Source: Clostridia bacterium (GTDB lineage Bacteria; Bacillota; Clostridia; JAAYHZ01). Taken from it: a stretch of DNA of 64,000 bases. The first letter of the stretch is position 1; every line of letters starts with the position of its first letter. Shown here one piece after another: positions 10,165 to 20,409 of this stretch. The translations under genes and the position numbers were made by a program. The DNA is taken from contig JBMNIH010000004.1 of NCBI GenBank assembly GCA_050950825.1, positions 1 through 64,000 on the forward strand, written 5' to 3'. The notes below the pieces were generated by a model. It was not told where the DNA came from, made no database searches, and saw only the letters and a program-made list of their open reading frames with translations.

Positions 10165-10693
10165 ATGGGCGTTATTAGATCGCATGATATTACCGTGATA
10201 AAGGAAATAGAAGATTCTACATTAAAATTGATTCCTATGACCGACGAGCATTTACCCTTGTTGTATAAATGGAATGAAAAAAACGAATGTCCTCTATTGG
10301 TGTGAAGGCGATGATGTGGATACATATAACGAGGAGGATGTAAGAGGTATTTACGGGGGTATATCCCAAACTGCATGTTTATTATTCTTTTTGATGACAT
10401 ACCCATAGGAGAATGCTTTATACAAGACATGAATATTCCCGTCTTGCTTGAGAAACACCCCGGTAAGAATGTAAAACGCATTGGATCTTGGGTTCAATCA
10501 ATGTAACTTCGACATTATTTATGCCGTAACGGAGGATTTTAATATAAGAGCGCAGAAATGCTTATTGATCAGCGGCTTTGTTTTGGATATGAGTATGGAA
10601 CATTATGAAACGTCTAAAGGAAAATACGAGTACTGCTATTGTATTGACAAGAAAGGTTTTTCCATGAAGCAGAAGGAGCAACGTCATGATTAA
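10165..10693 (+). pseudogene. GNAT (RimJ/RimL-like) acetyltransferase, frameshifted and internally deleted
   Basis: Pieces in different frames: PMTDEHLPLLYKWN / VLYWCEGDD / PIGECFIQ / FNIRAQKCL..SGF. Confidence 0.7.
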
Positions 10694-11231
10694 CATCGAT
10701 GATTTGTACATAGTGAATTATTGTCACCCGAATTGTGTACCGCTTCGGAATATTATGCGGTTGCCAAAGGATGAGGCTTATGCTTTGGCTCATGAAATGG
10801 CGGAGAAAAATAAAGAAACCACGGCGTTTTATCGATTCGCCGATTTTGAAAACTATTATCCTCTTCGATTGAAGACCGATAAAATACTCTACGATACCTT
10901 TATATCTTTGGGCGGTAAACCTCAAACGGAGCACCCTTTGTCTTTTGTTCTTCAAGGAAGCGAATATTTGGATCATTGGTTTGATTGCGGTTCGGTGACT
11001 CGTATCCCGTTAAAGAGCATTCCGTCCGAATTTATCAGTTTTACTTACGGCGACAGCGTGTCGACTCTTAAAAGAACCGGTAAAATTCACATGATAACAA
11101 AAGAAATGCTGGCCGAAGATCTAAAAGGCTATGAAGGCACAATCGATGATTACATGAAGGAAATCAAAGAAAAGTGCCATTATATCGAAGTCCAGCTATG
11201 GAATGACGATTATGCCGTTTTGAATAAATAA
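10686..11231 (+). CDS. Hypothetical protein
   Basis: RBS AAGGAG; 181-aa ORF with ISFTYGDS and YIEVQLW. Confidence 0.75.
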   Translation: MINIDDLYIVNYCHPNCVPLRNIMRLPKDEAYALAHEMAEKNKETTAFYRFADFENYYPLRLKTDKILYDTFISLGGKPQTEHPLSFVLQGSEYLDHWFDCGSVTRIPLKSIPSEFISFTYGDSVSTLKRTGKIHMITKEMLAEDLKGYEGTIDDYMKEIKEKCHYIEVQLWNDDYAVLNK

Positions 11232-11315
11232 GTAGTTTTTAGTTTATAAGCCAAGCTGTAAACAAATCGGATGAGACATATATTTTATGTTTTTTAGCTT
11301 TAGGAGGTTCGAGAT

Positions 11316-12317
11316 ATGGCAGAGAGCATATTCGAAGAAGGTGTTACTTTTGCAACGGATGAAGAGATTCCCGGTTGGATGGAGCTTGTTGAGATTGTAA
11401 AAGACGATTTCCCCGGATTGGAAAAGGAAAGCTATTTAAAAACCCTTAAAAAGAATATTGCTCGGAAAACCGCTCTTTGTTATAAGGTCAAAGGTCTTGT
11501 TGTAGGGATATTGCTTTTTTCTCCGAATCAAAATTGCTTGTCCTTTATTGCGGTACATCCCGATTACCGGTGCATGGGAATAGCAACAAAGTTAATTGAT
11601 AAAATGTTGGTGCTAATGCCTCCCTATAGAGAAATTTCAGTGACCACTTTTCGTGAAGGCGACGAAAAAGGGGCTGCTCCGAGAAAGCTGTATAAAAAAT
11701 TCGGTTTCGAAGAAGCGGAGCTTTTGACGGAGTTCGGCTATCCGGTTCAGAAATTTGTACTGAATCCGAATAACTTGGAATGCATTCTTGGAGTAAAGCG
11801 TACGGAAGTTAAGCTTGTACCGTATCGGGAAGTATACAAATTGTTATTTGCTTATGAAAGCAAGAAAATTTCAGATGCTCTCGGAGATAATGCCATCCGG
11901 ATATACCATGTCGGAAGCACGGCTATAGAAGGAGCCATTGCAAAACCTTTGCCGGACATTGCCGTCAGTGTAAAAGATTTAAGTGTAATCGATGTACATG
12001 CTATGGAGACATTAGGGTATGAATGCAAAGGGGAGTACGGTATTCCCGGACGATGCTATTTTGTCAAAAGAAAAGACGGCGATATTTCAACGCATCACGT
12101 TCATTGTTTTCCTGAGGGGCATGAGAATCTTGTTCGGCAATTGGTGTTTCGAGATTATCTGAATACCCATCCTAAGGCGGTTCAAGAATACAATCAATTA
12201 AAGCTGTCGTTATTTGAAAAATACCCTAATGAGCGGTACAAATACACCGAAGGCAAGAGCATTTTTGTCATGAATATCATTCAGCTAGCGCTAAAAGACG
12301 GTTTCGGTCCAGGTTAG
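11316..12317 (+). CDS. GNAT acetyltransferase fused to GrpB (UPF0157) nucleotidyltransferase-like domain
   Basis: AVHPDYRCMGIA..LYKKFGF, then HVGSTAI..AKPLPDI..FRDYL..Y..LK..YTEGK. Confidence 0.85.
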   Translation: MAESIFEEGVTFATDEEIPGWMELVEIVKDDFPGLEKESYLKTLKKNIARKTALCYKVKGLVVGILLFSPNQNCLSFIAVHPDYRCMGIATKLIDKMLVLMPPYREISVTTFREGDEKGAAPRKLYKKFGFEEAELLTEFGYPVQKFVLNPNNLECILGVKRTEVKLVPYREVYKLLFAYESKKISDALGDNAIRIYHVGSTAIEGAIAKPLPDIAVSVKDLSVIDVHAMETLGYECKGEYGIPGRCYFVKRKDGDISTHHVHCFPEGHENLVRQLVFRDYLNTHPKAVQEYNQLKLSLFEKYPNERYKYTEGKSIFVMNIIQLALKDGFGPG

Positions 12318-12446
12318 ATCTTAATTATTGTGCCGTTTCACACGATAAATATTATGACGATAGGAAATGTATATGTGAAAAAATCGAAAAAGTCTGTATT
12401 TGTATTTTAGTTCATTTATTTTTTTACAAATGATGGAGGTTAAGTT

Positions 12447-13175
12447 ATGGGCTTATTAATATTCTCAATAATTCTCGCAATCATTCTTCGGATCTACGGA
12501 CCTACGATAAAAGGGTATTTTGGTGAAAAGTCGGTTTCATTCTTTCTATCGCGGCTAGACCCCGGAAAGTATAAAGTAATTAACAATATTATGTTAAAAA
12601 TTGACGGCCGAACATCTCAGATCGATCATGTTGTCGTTTCGAATTACGGAATTTTTGTGATCGAAACAAAGAATTACAATGGATGGATTTTGGGAAACGA
12701 GTATGATGACTACTGGACCCAAGTCATCTATAAAAGGAAGGAAAAGCTCTTTAATCCCATAAAGCAAAATTACGGACATATCCAAGCTCTGAAGAACGTG
12801 CTTAGCGAGTATCAGGAACTAAATTATATTTCCATCATAACGTTTACTACGAAAGCCGACTTAAAAGTAAAAACCAAGACGAATGTTGTTTATACCGCCA
12901 ATTTGCTTAAGACGATTCGAAAATATGACAAAGAAACCGTATCCGATTCGGTAAAAGAGAAGGTATATAAAAAGCTGCTTTCTTTAAATATTGATGATAA
13001 AGAAGAACGAACGGAACATGTCCGTTCCATATACAAGAATATTAATGAGAAGAATAGAAAAATTACCGAAAACATTTGCCCAAGATGCGGCGGCACCTTA
13101 GTACGGAAAAACGGTAAATACGGATCCTTTACGGGATGCAGCAATTATCCGAAATGCAAGTTTACCGTAAAGTAA
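12447..13175 (+). CDS. NERD nuclease-domain protein with topoisomerase-type C4 Zn ribbon
   Basis: N-terminal TM, GE, QIDHVVVS.YGIFVIETKN, NP..QN..H, CPRCG..GKYG.F.GCSNYPKC. Confidence 0.9.
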   Translation: MGLLIFSIILAIILRIYGPTIKGYFGEKSVSFFLSRLDPGKYKVINNIMLKIDGRTSQIDHVVVSNYGIFVIETKNYNGWILGNEYDDYWTQVIYKRKEKLFNPIKQNYGHIQALKNVLSEYQELNYISIITFTTKADLKVKTKTNVVYTANLLKTIRKYDKETVSDSVKEKVYKKLLSLNIDDKEERTEHVRSIYKNINEKNRKITENICPRCGGTLVRKNGKYGSFTGCSNYPKCKFTVK

Positions 13176-13301
13176 AAGGATTGACGATAAAACAGAAAAT
13201 CATTCATTATTGATGAATTGCTATAAACTATAACAAAATAGTATAATTCATATAGGTGTGAAGGCTCGAATCAAGGATTATAGAAAAAAGAGGATTTATG
13301 T

Positions 13302-13943
13302 ATGGAGTATGTTTTCGTTTTAACCGAGTATGATGAAGCAACATTTAAACCACAGGTGAGTAAGGCATTAGAAAAAAGAACGGAATTGGTTTCAAGAAAA
13401 GAATACCCCAAAATGTGGAATTTTATTGATAAAATGAACTCGAAAGAAAAAGCTTCTGAAGAAGTACTGAAAAAGAGGCGAAGAAGATTTAACGTGTATG
13501 GAACACTCTTTATCATTGCAGGCCTTTTTCTATTCATTCCTTCGCTAATGAAACCAAAGGAAATGCTTCTGCCGTTGTTGGCAGGTGCATTTGCAGTCGT
13601 TTTAGGAATTTTCTATTTAAGGTCCGGAAAGAACACGAAAAAGGAAAAAGTAACTTCCTTTGATAAGGCCGCAATTCAGCTGTTTAATGAATATGAAAAA
13701 CTCTCTTCGGAGAAAGTTTCGGTGACCTTTACGGATGATAAAATCCAATTGGCAGGCAATGACCTGATTGATTACAGTGAGATCAATGAAATTTTCATCA
13801 CGAAGGATCTTTTCATCTTCATTTGGAATGATAGAATTACCGTTTTGCAAAAAAAGGATTTATCCTCATGCAATATAGAAGAGTTTATAAGCTTTATTAC
13901 ATCCAAATCTCGTGATTCTTTCGAGGTTGTGAGTATAAATTAA
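13302..13943 (+). CDS. YcxB-like membrane protein
   Basis: RBS AGAGGA; two TM helices plus a C-terminal beta-rich domain. Confidence 0.7.
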   Translation: MEYVFVLTEYDEATFKPQVSKALEKRTELVSRKEYPKMWNFIDKMNSKEKASEEVLKKRRRRFNVYGTLFIIAGLFLFIPSLMKPKEMLLPLLAGAFAVVLGIFYLRSGKNTKKEKVTSFDKAAIQLFNEYEKLSSEKVSVTFTDDKIQLAGNDLIDYSEINEIFITKDLFIFIWNDRITVLQKKDLSSCNIEEFISFITSKSRDSFEVVSIN

Positions 13944-14214
13944 AGGTAATACAGCGAAAAGCTCTTTGTCTTGATAGGATATAGGATCATACTGAACATG
14001 ATTGATAAATTTTAACTCGAAAGAAAAAGCTTTTTAAAAAGTGCCGAAAAGCGGAATGACCCGGAACTTTGAGGATTCCTTAATTCCCGTAAGTTAATGT
14101 CTGTTATTCTGCGTAACGGCTAAAGCCGGTGATGTGTACACCTTTGACACCCGTACCTTTAACCATGGGGGTCGTTATCCAAAAAGCACGGTGTATTAAA
14201 AAGCTTCTAATTAT

Positions 14215-14958
14215 TTACTCAATTTTATCTACGAAATAAGTATCGTTCTCTAGGATCGCTTTTTTACCTTTTTCAAGAGCGGCAACGGAATCAATGAGAT
14301 ATGCGGTTCCGTTTAGAACAGGACCTTGTTTCAGTTCATTCCCTGATAATATATTTTCCAGTCGGTCGTATCGTTGTTTATAGCCTGCAAAATTATGGGG
14401 AAAATATTCCTTTCGGTATGTACCGGTTGAATCCGAAATGGTATACGTTACCGGCTGTTTTCTTAAACAATAACCGGCATTAGCGACCTCTTCCACTCCG
14501 TGCATGAATGTATTAGGTCCTAAACCGCATGCAAGCATGAGGATTTTGCCGTTTACTTTCGGCAACAGGCGAAAGGGAGAATGCTCTCCTACCGGGGTAT
14601 TGTCTAAGATATGGGTAGAAGTCATGGAATATGCCATCTTACCGATTGCACACACGGAATGGGTTGGATGGATGCTTCTGTGCGTAGCATACTTTGTGCG
14701 AAAAACTTCAGGTAACGTTCCGATACATGACGGTGTTTGTCGATAATCAAATACCGAGTTGGGATCCAATTTATATGAAAGCGCGGGAACCAATAAAGTG
14801 CCTTGTTCACCGATCGTTTCAATTAAAGCTTCTATGATTTCACTTGCATCTATACCCGGAGCATTGAGTTTTCTGATAGAAGAATGAACCAGAACGACAT
14901 CGCCTTGCTCTATTCCTAGTGCTCTTAAATCCGTTATTAATCTTTCTTTATAGCTCAT
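14215..14958 (-). CDS. AAC(3) family N-acetyltransferase
   Basis: LVHSS, GTLLVP, RSIHPTHS, NTFMHGVEE. Confidence 0.9.
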   Translation of the reverse strand: MSYKERLITDLRALGIEQGDVVLVHSSIRKLNAPGIDASEIIEALIETIGEQGTLLVPALSYKLDPNSVFDYRQTPSCIGTLPEVFRTKYATHRSIHPTHSVCAIGKMAYSMTSTHILDNTPVGEHSPFRLLPKVNGKILMLACGLGPNTFMHGVEEVANAGYCLRKQPVTYTISDSTGTYRKEYFPHNFAGYKQRYDRLENILSGNELKQGPVLNGTAYLIDSVAALEKGKKAILENDTYFVDKIE

Positions 14959-15180
14959 TCCCAAATCTCCCTCAAGAATTACTTCTAGAATATATACTTT
15001 GCTACGAGTAATTTATAACAATAAGGTTAATTTTACAATAGATTCTGTAAAATAGCAGTCGGTGAACGAGAAAGCATAGCCGTTGATACCGTTGTCTTTG
15101 ACTCACCGCCGTATGAGCCGGGATAAGCAAAGGAGTAAAAGCTTAGCGGTGATCCTACACAAATAAATGACTACGCTTTA

Positions 15181-16038
15181 TTATCTATATTCAATTCCTT
15201 CAAGCTTTCCGTCGAAATATAAAAAATCGCCGTCATCGTAGCGCCGGACTCCTTGAAAGACCGTCGGATGGATATAGCCGTTCTCGTTCTTCTCGTAATC
15301 TTTACAAATTGCCAACCAAGGAACGTATTCGATGTTGCCGTTCGTGCCCATTTCCACGCGGTCATTCGTTTCGAAGGAAATCATTTCATACTTTTCATTG
15401 AATGTAAATATTCCTTCGGCTTTAACGCCGTTATACGATATGATTCCCTTTACATGGTAATCATCGATTTCTTCAAGCGTAATGTATCCTTGTAAAAGGG
15501 AAGTAGGGATAAACAAGCTTTCGGCAAGGTAGGTTACAAGGCACGCTTTGTCCATATCCGTACCCGTTTCATTAAACAATGTTATTGACTTTGCCAAGGT
15601 TCCTTTCATTCCGCCGACACCGTCGGTAAAGGAATCCAAGCCTTCAAAGGGAATTCCCATCATCCTGCTTTCTATTAAAGCATAACGGTCGGGAGCTTTT
15701 ACAAAGTCGTATTGGGTATAATCAATGACAAGCTTCTTTCCTTCCCGTCCTTGCATAAAATCCACATCATAAAAGGGGATTTTCATGTAGGACATCTTGG
15801 GTTTTCCGATATATCCGCAGTGTTCCATGTATTTTTGTACAGGTAAAGGTAAATGTGCAAAATCCTCTTTCGTGAATTTTTCGGAAGATAAATCCGGTTG
15901 CTTAGCGATGGCAGCGTTCACTTTATTATTAAAGCTTTGCTTCACAGGGGAATAGGGAATATTGAAATATACCAAGATGATGCCGATAAGAACTACAATT
16001 GCCAAAAGAATAACCATTTTCTTTCCTCGTTTCTTCAT
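15181..16038 (-). CDS. DUF6544-like exported/membrane-anchored protein
   Basis: N-terminal TM, LPLPVQKY, YLAE..FIP. Confidence 0.75.
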   Translation of the reverse strand: MKKRGKKMVILLAIVVLIGIILVYFNIPYSPVKQSFNNKVNAAIAKQPDLSSEKFTKEDFAHLPLPVQKYMEHCGYIGKPKMSYMKIPFYDVDFMQGREGKKLVIDYTQYDFVKAPDRYALIESRMMGIPFEGLDSFTDGVGGMKGTLAKSITLFNETGTDMDKACLVTYLAESLFIPTSLLQGYITLEEIDDYHVKGIISYNGVKAEGIFTFNEKYEMISFETNDRVEMGTNGNIEYVPWLAICKDYEKNENGYIHPTVFQGVRRYDDGDFLYFDGKLEGIEYR

Positions 16039-16044
16039 AAAAAT

Positions 16045-16533
16045 CTATTTCTCCATTTCCGAAATATTCTTCATTAAAATGCCGAAGCCTTCGGCGATTT
16101 TGTCGAGAGTATCGTTATCCATTCCCTCAAACAGTTTTGTAATAAAATCAATTTCAAGATCGCCGCGTTTCGCAAAATGATTTTTGCATTTTTCCGTTAA
16201 GGCTACTCGCAGTATTCTTGCGTCCGAGCTGTCCTTTTCAAAGGTGATAAATCCGTCTTTTTCAAGAATTGCCGCCATCTTCTTCACGTTCTGTCGGGAG
16301 GTACCGATAAGCTGTGCCAATTCGGTTATCGTCAATGCTTGCTTTTCGGACTTTACGATTACGGTTATGAAAAGCCACTGCTTTAACGTAATCTTGTCAT
16401 CCAACGCATCTCCTAAGGCTTGCAATCGGTTTGCCAGAACAAATAAGGTACCGAAAATATAGGCTTTCTTTTGTAGAGGATCCGCTTTGTGTAAATCAAT
16501 TTCAATAAGATTTTTTCGATCGTTGTTTTGCAT
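16045..16533 (-). CDS. MarR family regulator
   Basis: ITLKQW, GTSRQNVK..LEKDGF..D.R. Confidence 0.9.
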   Translation of the reverse strand: MQNNDRKNLIEIDLHKADPLQKKAYIFGTLFVLANRLQALGDALDDKITLKQWLFITVIVKSEKQALTITELAQLIGTSRQNVKKMAAILEKDGFITFEKDSSDARILRVALTEKCKNHFAKRGDLEIDFITKLFEGMDNDTLDKIAEGFGILMKNISEMEK

Positions 16534-16548
16534 CCTAATGCTCCTTCT

Positions 16549-16603
16549 TAATATACGTAACTAGTTACATTTCTAATATACGTAACTGGTTACGTATTGT
16601 CAA
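16549..16603 (-). promoter_or_regulatory. marR promoter with tandem operators
   Basis: Two copies of TAATATACGTAACT(A/G)GTTAC (16549, 16574); minus-strand TTGACA-17-TATATT brackets the second. Confidence 0.75.
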
Positions 16604-17132
16604 TGGTTCTGAAAAATATTTTTTCATTTTCTCGAATATCATCTGAGGTTTTCAAAGCAACAAATAATAATGATTTAATAACTTCGCTTAGGGGAGGGTA
16701 AGTATAAAAGCATTTTATTCTCAAGGAGAATTAGCCAAAGTTAAATTACCTTGAAGGCTCTTTTATCTATAGGAGAAGAATTGAATCCTATTGGCGGAGG
16801 AAGATTGTAAAATTGTTAGATATAAAATATTAAAGCCTTTGTGATAATGTACTACAGCGGGAGATGTTGTATCAGTTGGCTATAAAGCGGTATCGGTAAT
16901 AGAACCGCCACCATCCTATACCCTGCCGTTAACGATATACCAAAGGTCCAAAAAATCGATGTTAACGACCCGGTTTCCGCAAGAAAAATGGCTTGCGTAA
17001 TCATAAAGCCTCTTAATCTCGTGAAAGTTTCGGATTTGTTAACAAGCAATATCCGTGAATGGGCCGATTATATGAGCGAATTAATGGATTGACTGCTCAT
17101 ATATTGCAAGGATACTCGTTTCTCTCATTTTT

Positions 17133-18467
17133 TTATAGGTCTCGTGTGTATCTGCAAGCCGGAAAGTTGCTGCAGCCTATAAATTTCCCGCGCTTTCCGC
17201 TGCGTATACGCAATTGTCCTCCGCATTCCGGACAGGTATTCGGATCAAGTATACTTTTTTCTTTGGGGGCCGGCTCTTGCGGCTTTGGCTTTGCTGCCGG
17301 ATTGTTTTTTATGCATTCATAACAAGTTCCTATATTAACACGACCGGGTCCGCCGTACATGGCAAATTCGCTGTCTTTCGCAATTTTCCCGCAGAATTCG
17401 CACTTAATCCATCGATTCCCTTCGGAATCGATGACCGGTGTTTTCTGCTGTGTGATTGTCGATTCAATGCTTCGTTTGAATTCTTCATCTCGCTTTTTAA
17501 TTTTCGCTTGACTTTGTTCTTCTTCGAGTCTTTGCTTCTCCTCAAGAGCGGCTTTCCGTTTGGCGGCTTCTTCGGCTTGGCGTGCAAGCTCCGCTTCTTT
17601 CTGCTCTTGAAGCTTTATCATATGCTCAGCGCGTCGTTTTTCTTTTTCCATACGACGTTTTTTCTCGGCCTCAAGATCCCGGTTGAATTCTTTTTCTTTT
17701 TTATCCTTGATTTCATCAAGAGTTTTGCCGTCGAATACGACTTTGCCGTCATCATTAATGGAAAAATCCCTTAACGGACCGTATGCAAAAGAGACTTCCT
17801 GCCATAATCCGTCGATATCCTTCGCATAGAATACCGCTTTCATGACAGCCGTCTCATAAACGGCCTCCGTAACGGTTAACAGCAGACAATAACCCTGTAT
17901 ATCTTGGATTTTCATCAGCCCTTCCGGATACTGTCCGTTGCTGCCCCCGTTCATGATATCGACGATGTATAGAATACGAATGCCTTGGCTGTTGCTTTCC
18001 AATAGCTTTATTTTTTCATCGGCAATGTTTACGCGTTCATGGCTGTAAACCAAAGCGATCTTCTTTTCTCGGGAAAGAAACGTGAACTCGTATTTTCGAT
18101 TGATATCGTCCACATCTTGAATCGGAACACGGGACTCGAGATCGGTTGCCTTCAGCTTATCGTCCAACCAACACTTTAAAACGATTTTGGAGTCGATGGA
18201 TGTTTTTCCTTCGATGATCACTTTGCAATCTTGATTAAAGGCACCGTCCTTTAATCGGAAATGCTGTTCACGAAGATTTTTATCTCCTGCCACCAATATC
18301 AAATTGGATCCGCAGCCGCAGGGACAAAACAGTTCATTGTTTCGACTCTTTTCTCGAAGCTCTTTTAATTTCTCGGGAATATTAATTTGCTTGTTATCGA
18401 TAACGGTATAGATGGTCTCGATTCCGATATATTTTCCGTTACAAAGAGCAACCGTTCTCAATGCCAT
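17133..18467 (-). CDS. CoiA-like nuclease with coiled coil and C-terminal Zn ribbons
   Basis: FCPCGCG..L..G....HF N-terminus, K/E-rich coil, CEFC..CYEC, CPECGG..G..GKFIGCSNFPAC. Confidence 0.75.
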   Translation of the reverse strand: MALRTVALCNGKYIGIETIYTVIDNKQINIPEKLKELREKSRNNELFCPCGCGSNLILVAGDKNLREQHFRLKDGAFNQDCKVIIEGKTSIDSKIVLKCWLDDKLKATDLESRVPIQDVDDINRKYEFTFLSREKKIALVYSHERVNIADEKIKLLESNSQGIRILYIVDIMNGGSNGQYPEGLMKIQDIQGYCLLLTVTEAVYETAVMKAVFYAKDIDGLWQEVSFAYGPLRDFSINDDGKVVFDGKTLDEIKDKKEKEFNRDLEAEKKRRMEKEKRRAEHMIKLQEQKEAELARQAEEAAKRKAALEEKQRLEEEQSQAKIKKRDEEFKRSIESTITQQKTPVIDSEGNRWIKCEFCGKIAKDSEFAMYGGPGRVNIGTCYECIKNNPAAKPKPQEPAPKEKSILDPNTCPECGGQLRIRSGKRGKFIGCSNFPACRYTRDL

Positions 18468-18621
18468 ACGGCAATCACCGCTTTCATCGCATGCTTTGAC
18501 AGGATGTGTATAAGATACCTGTTATTATTAATTATATGAGTATCAAAATCCAATCGCAAGCAAAACTCCTGAATGCACGTAAGTGCTTTTTTTATTCTTT
18601 TTTCTTTTCATTCCGGTTTTA

Positions 18622-18683
18622 TTGACACCTGAAAAAGTTTTGTGATATGATTAGACCGACCGGTTTAGACCGGATGGTCTAAT
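18622..18683 (+). promoter_or_regulatory. Promoter and TetR operator
   Basis: TTGACA-18-TATGAT followed by overlapping palindromes TAGACCGACCGGTTTA / TAGACCGGATGGTCTA. Confidence 0.7.
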
Positions 18684-18716
18684 TCGGAATGATATTTTTC
18701 ATAGGAGGTCAAAGGT

Positions 18717-18842
18717 ATGGAATGGTGGGCATGGGTTTTAATCGGAATCGGTGTGGCGGTTATCGGGGCTCTTAAGCTTACGTTGTTTAACAAAATAATG
18801 AAGAACCAAAAGTCAAAAAGAAAGTTTGAGGATGAAGACTAA
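18717..18842 (+). CDS. 41-aa single-TM small protein (not in ORF track)
   Basis: RBS AGGAGG; MEWWAWVLIGIGVAVIGALKLTLFNKIMKNQKSKRKFEDED; first ORF after the promoter. Confidence 0.7.
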   Translation: MEWWAWVLIGIGVAVIGALKLTLFNKIMKNQKSKRKFEDED

Positions 18843-18889
18843 AACATTCTGTTATGGTTCGATTGGCTTGATGAAGAAAGGTGGTTTGA

Positions 18890-19519
18890 TTGATGAAAAA
18901 TTTTGATTACCGCTTACTCCTTGGGGAGAATAATCCGTTGCTGCGTTTTCCGAAGCTTCAGGAAGCGGCGATTAACGAATTCTCATTGAATAAGTTCGAA
19001 GATGCGTCGTTGAATGATATTCTAAAAAACGCCGATATGAGCAAGGGCAGCTTGTATCATCACTTTGGCGACAAGTTCGGCCTTTATTTGGCCGTGATGG
19101 ATATCATCGTAAGAAAGAAGCTTTCCTACTTTTATCCCGTTTTACGGGAAAAAACGAACGACAGCAATGATTTTTTCGGCTCCCTCAAGGACATCATGAA
19201 AGGAACCATGGATTTTATGCTGGAAGACAAACGGCTGCAGAGGCTTTTTGACCGAGTCATGGAAGAAAGCGTTGATTTTCGAAACCGATTGTATGAATTT
19301 TTTCCTTACGATTATTCTCGGCATTTCAGCGAAAATATTATCCGGGCAGTCGAATCCGGGCAGATTGACAGCCGCTATCCTCCCGATTTGGTTGCCAAGT
19401 ATATCGAAGTTTTGTTTTCCAATCTTCACAAAATGATTTCGAAAGGAGATCCGGACGAGTTGATCCATACGGTAAACCAAGTGATCGACATCATACAATA
19501 CGGGATTGCTAAAAAATAG
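18890..19519 (+). CDS. TetR/AcrR family regulator
   Basis: AAINEFS..ASLNDI..MSKGSLYHHFGDK. Confidence 0.9.
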   Translation: MMKNFDYRLLLGENNPLLRFPKLQEAAINEFSLNKFEDASLNDILKNADMSKGSLYHHFGDKFGLYLAVMDIIVRKKLSYFYPVLREKTNDSNDFFGSLKDIMKGTMDFMLEDKRLQRLFDRVMEESVDFRNRLYEFFPYDYSRHFSENIIRAVESGQIDSRYPPDLVAKYIEVLFSNLHKMISKGDPDELIHTVNQVIDIIQYGIAKK

Positions 19520-19548
19520 AGGATAACACATAAGGAAGGGGAAAAAAT

Positions 19549-20409
19549 ATGGGATTGGCTTTTCAAGTGGAAAACTTAAAATTCAAATACCCGTCATCCA
19601 AGGAAGATACCATAAAAGGAATCGGCTTTGATGTTCGGGAGGGGGAGATATTCGGGCTTTTGGGTCCTTCGGGAGCCGGAAAATCCACAACCCAGAAGAT
19701 ATTGATCAAGCTTTTAAAAGACTATACCGGAAGCATTCAATATTTCGGGAAAGACCTAAAGTCCATGGACAACTCGTTTTATGAGGAGATCGGTGTAGGC
19801 TTTGAAGTACCCGTGCATTTTTCCAAGCTCACCGCTATGGAAAACATGAAATATTTCTCGCAATTCTATAAAAAAACGGCGGATGTTCAAGCCTTGATGA
19901 AAAGGGTCGGTCTTTGGGAGTATCGCGATGTCAAAGTAGGAGAATATTCAAAGGGTATGAAGGTACGTCTGAATTTTGTTCGTGCCATGCTAAACGACCC
20001 GAGGGTTCTTTTTTTGGATGAAGTGACAAACGGGCTGGACCCGAAGAATGCCGGCATTATTAAAGAAATGATTGCCGAATACCGAGCGAAAGGGGGCACG
20101 GTATTCTTAACCACCCATTTGATGAACGATGTGGAACAGCTGTGTGATCGAGTAGCGTTTTGCGTGAACGGGAAACTGATCGAAATCTCTACCCCCAGAG
20201 ATTTGAAGCTAAAGTACGGCAAGCGTGAAGTCAAGGTGGAGTACAGGGAGAACGGGACCGTTTCAAGCGCCGTCTTTCCTTTGGACGGTATCGGGTTTAA
20301 CGAGGACTTTGTGAGTCTTTTGAAATCCGGAAAAGTGGAAACCATACACAGCGGAGAAACATCCTTGGAAGAAATATTCATCATCGTGACGGGAGTTGAA
20401 GTAAAATGA
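19549..20409 (+). CDS. ABC exporter ATP-binding protein
   Basis: GPSGAGKS, YSKGM, FLDE, TTH. Confidence 0.93.
   Translation: MGLAFQVENLKFKYPSSKEDTIKGIGFDVREGEIFGLLGPSGAGKSTTQKILIKLLKDYTGSIQYFGKDLKSMDNSFYEEIGVGFEVPVHFSKLTAMENMKYFSQFYKKTADVQALMKRVGLWEYRDVKVGEYSKGMKVRLNFVRAMLNDPRVLFLDEVTNGLDPKNAGIIKEMIAEYRAKGGTVFLTTHLMNDVEQLCDRVAFCVNGKLIEISTPRDLKLKYGKREVKVEYRENGTVSSAVFPLDGIGFNEDFVSLLKSGKVETIHSGETSLEEIFIIVTGVEVK

Noticed and set aside
8220-13300. attC-like or CRISPR-like repeats between the cassette-like genes
   Set aside because: No conserved repeat or regular spacing found; only a weak TTT(A/G)TCG word.
16852-17049. 65-aa hydrophobic ORF
   Set aside because: No clear RBS or family motif; probably a gene remnant or spurious.
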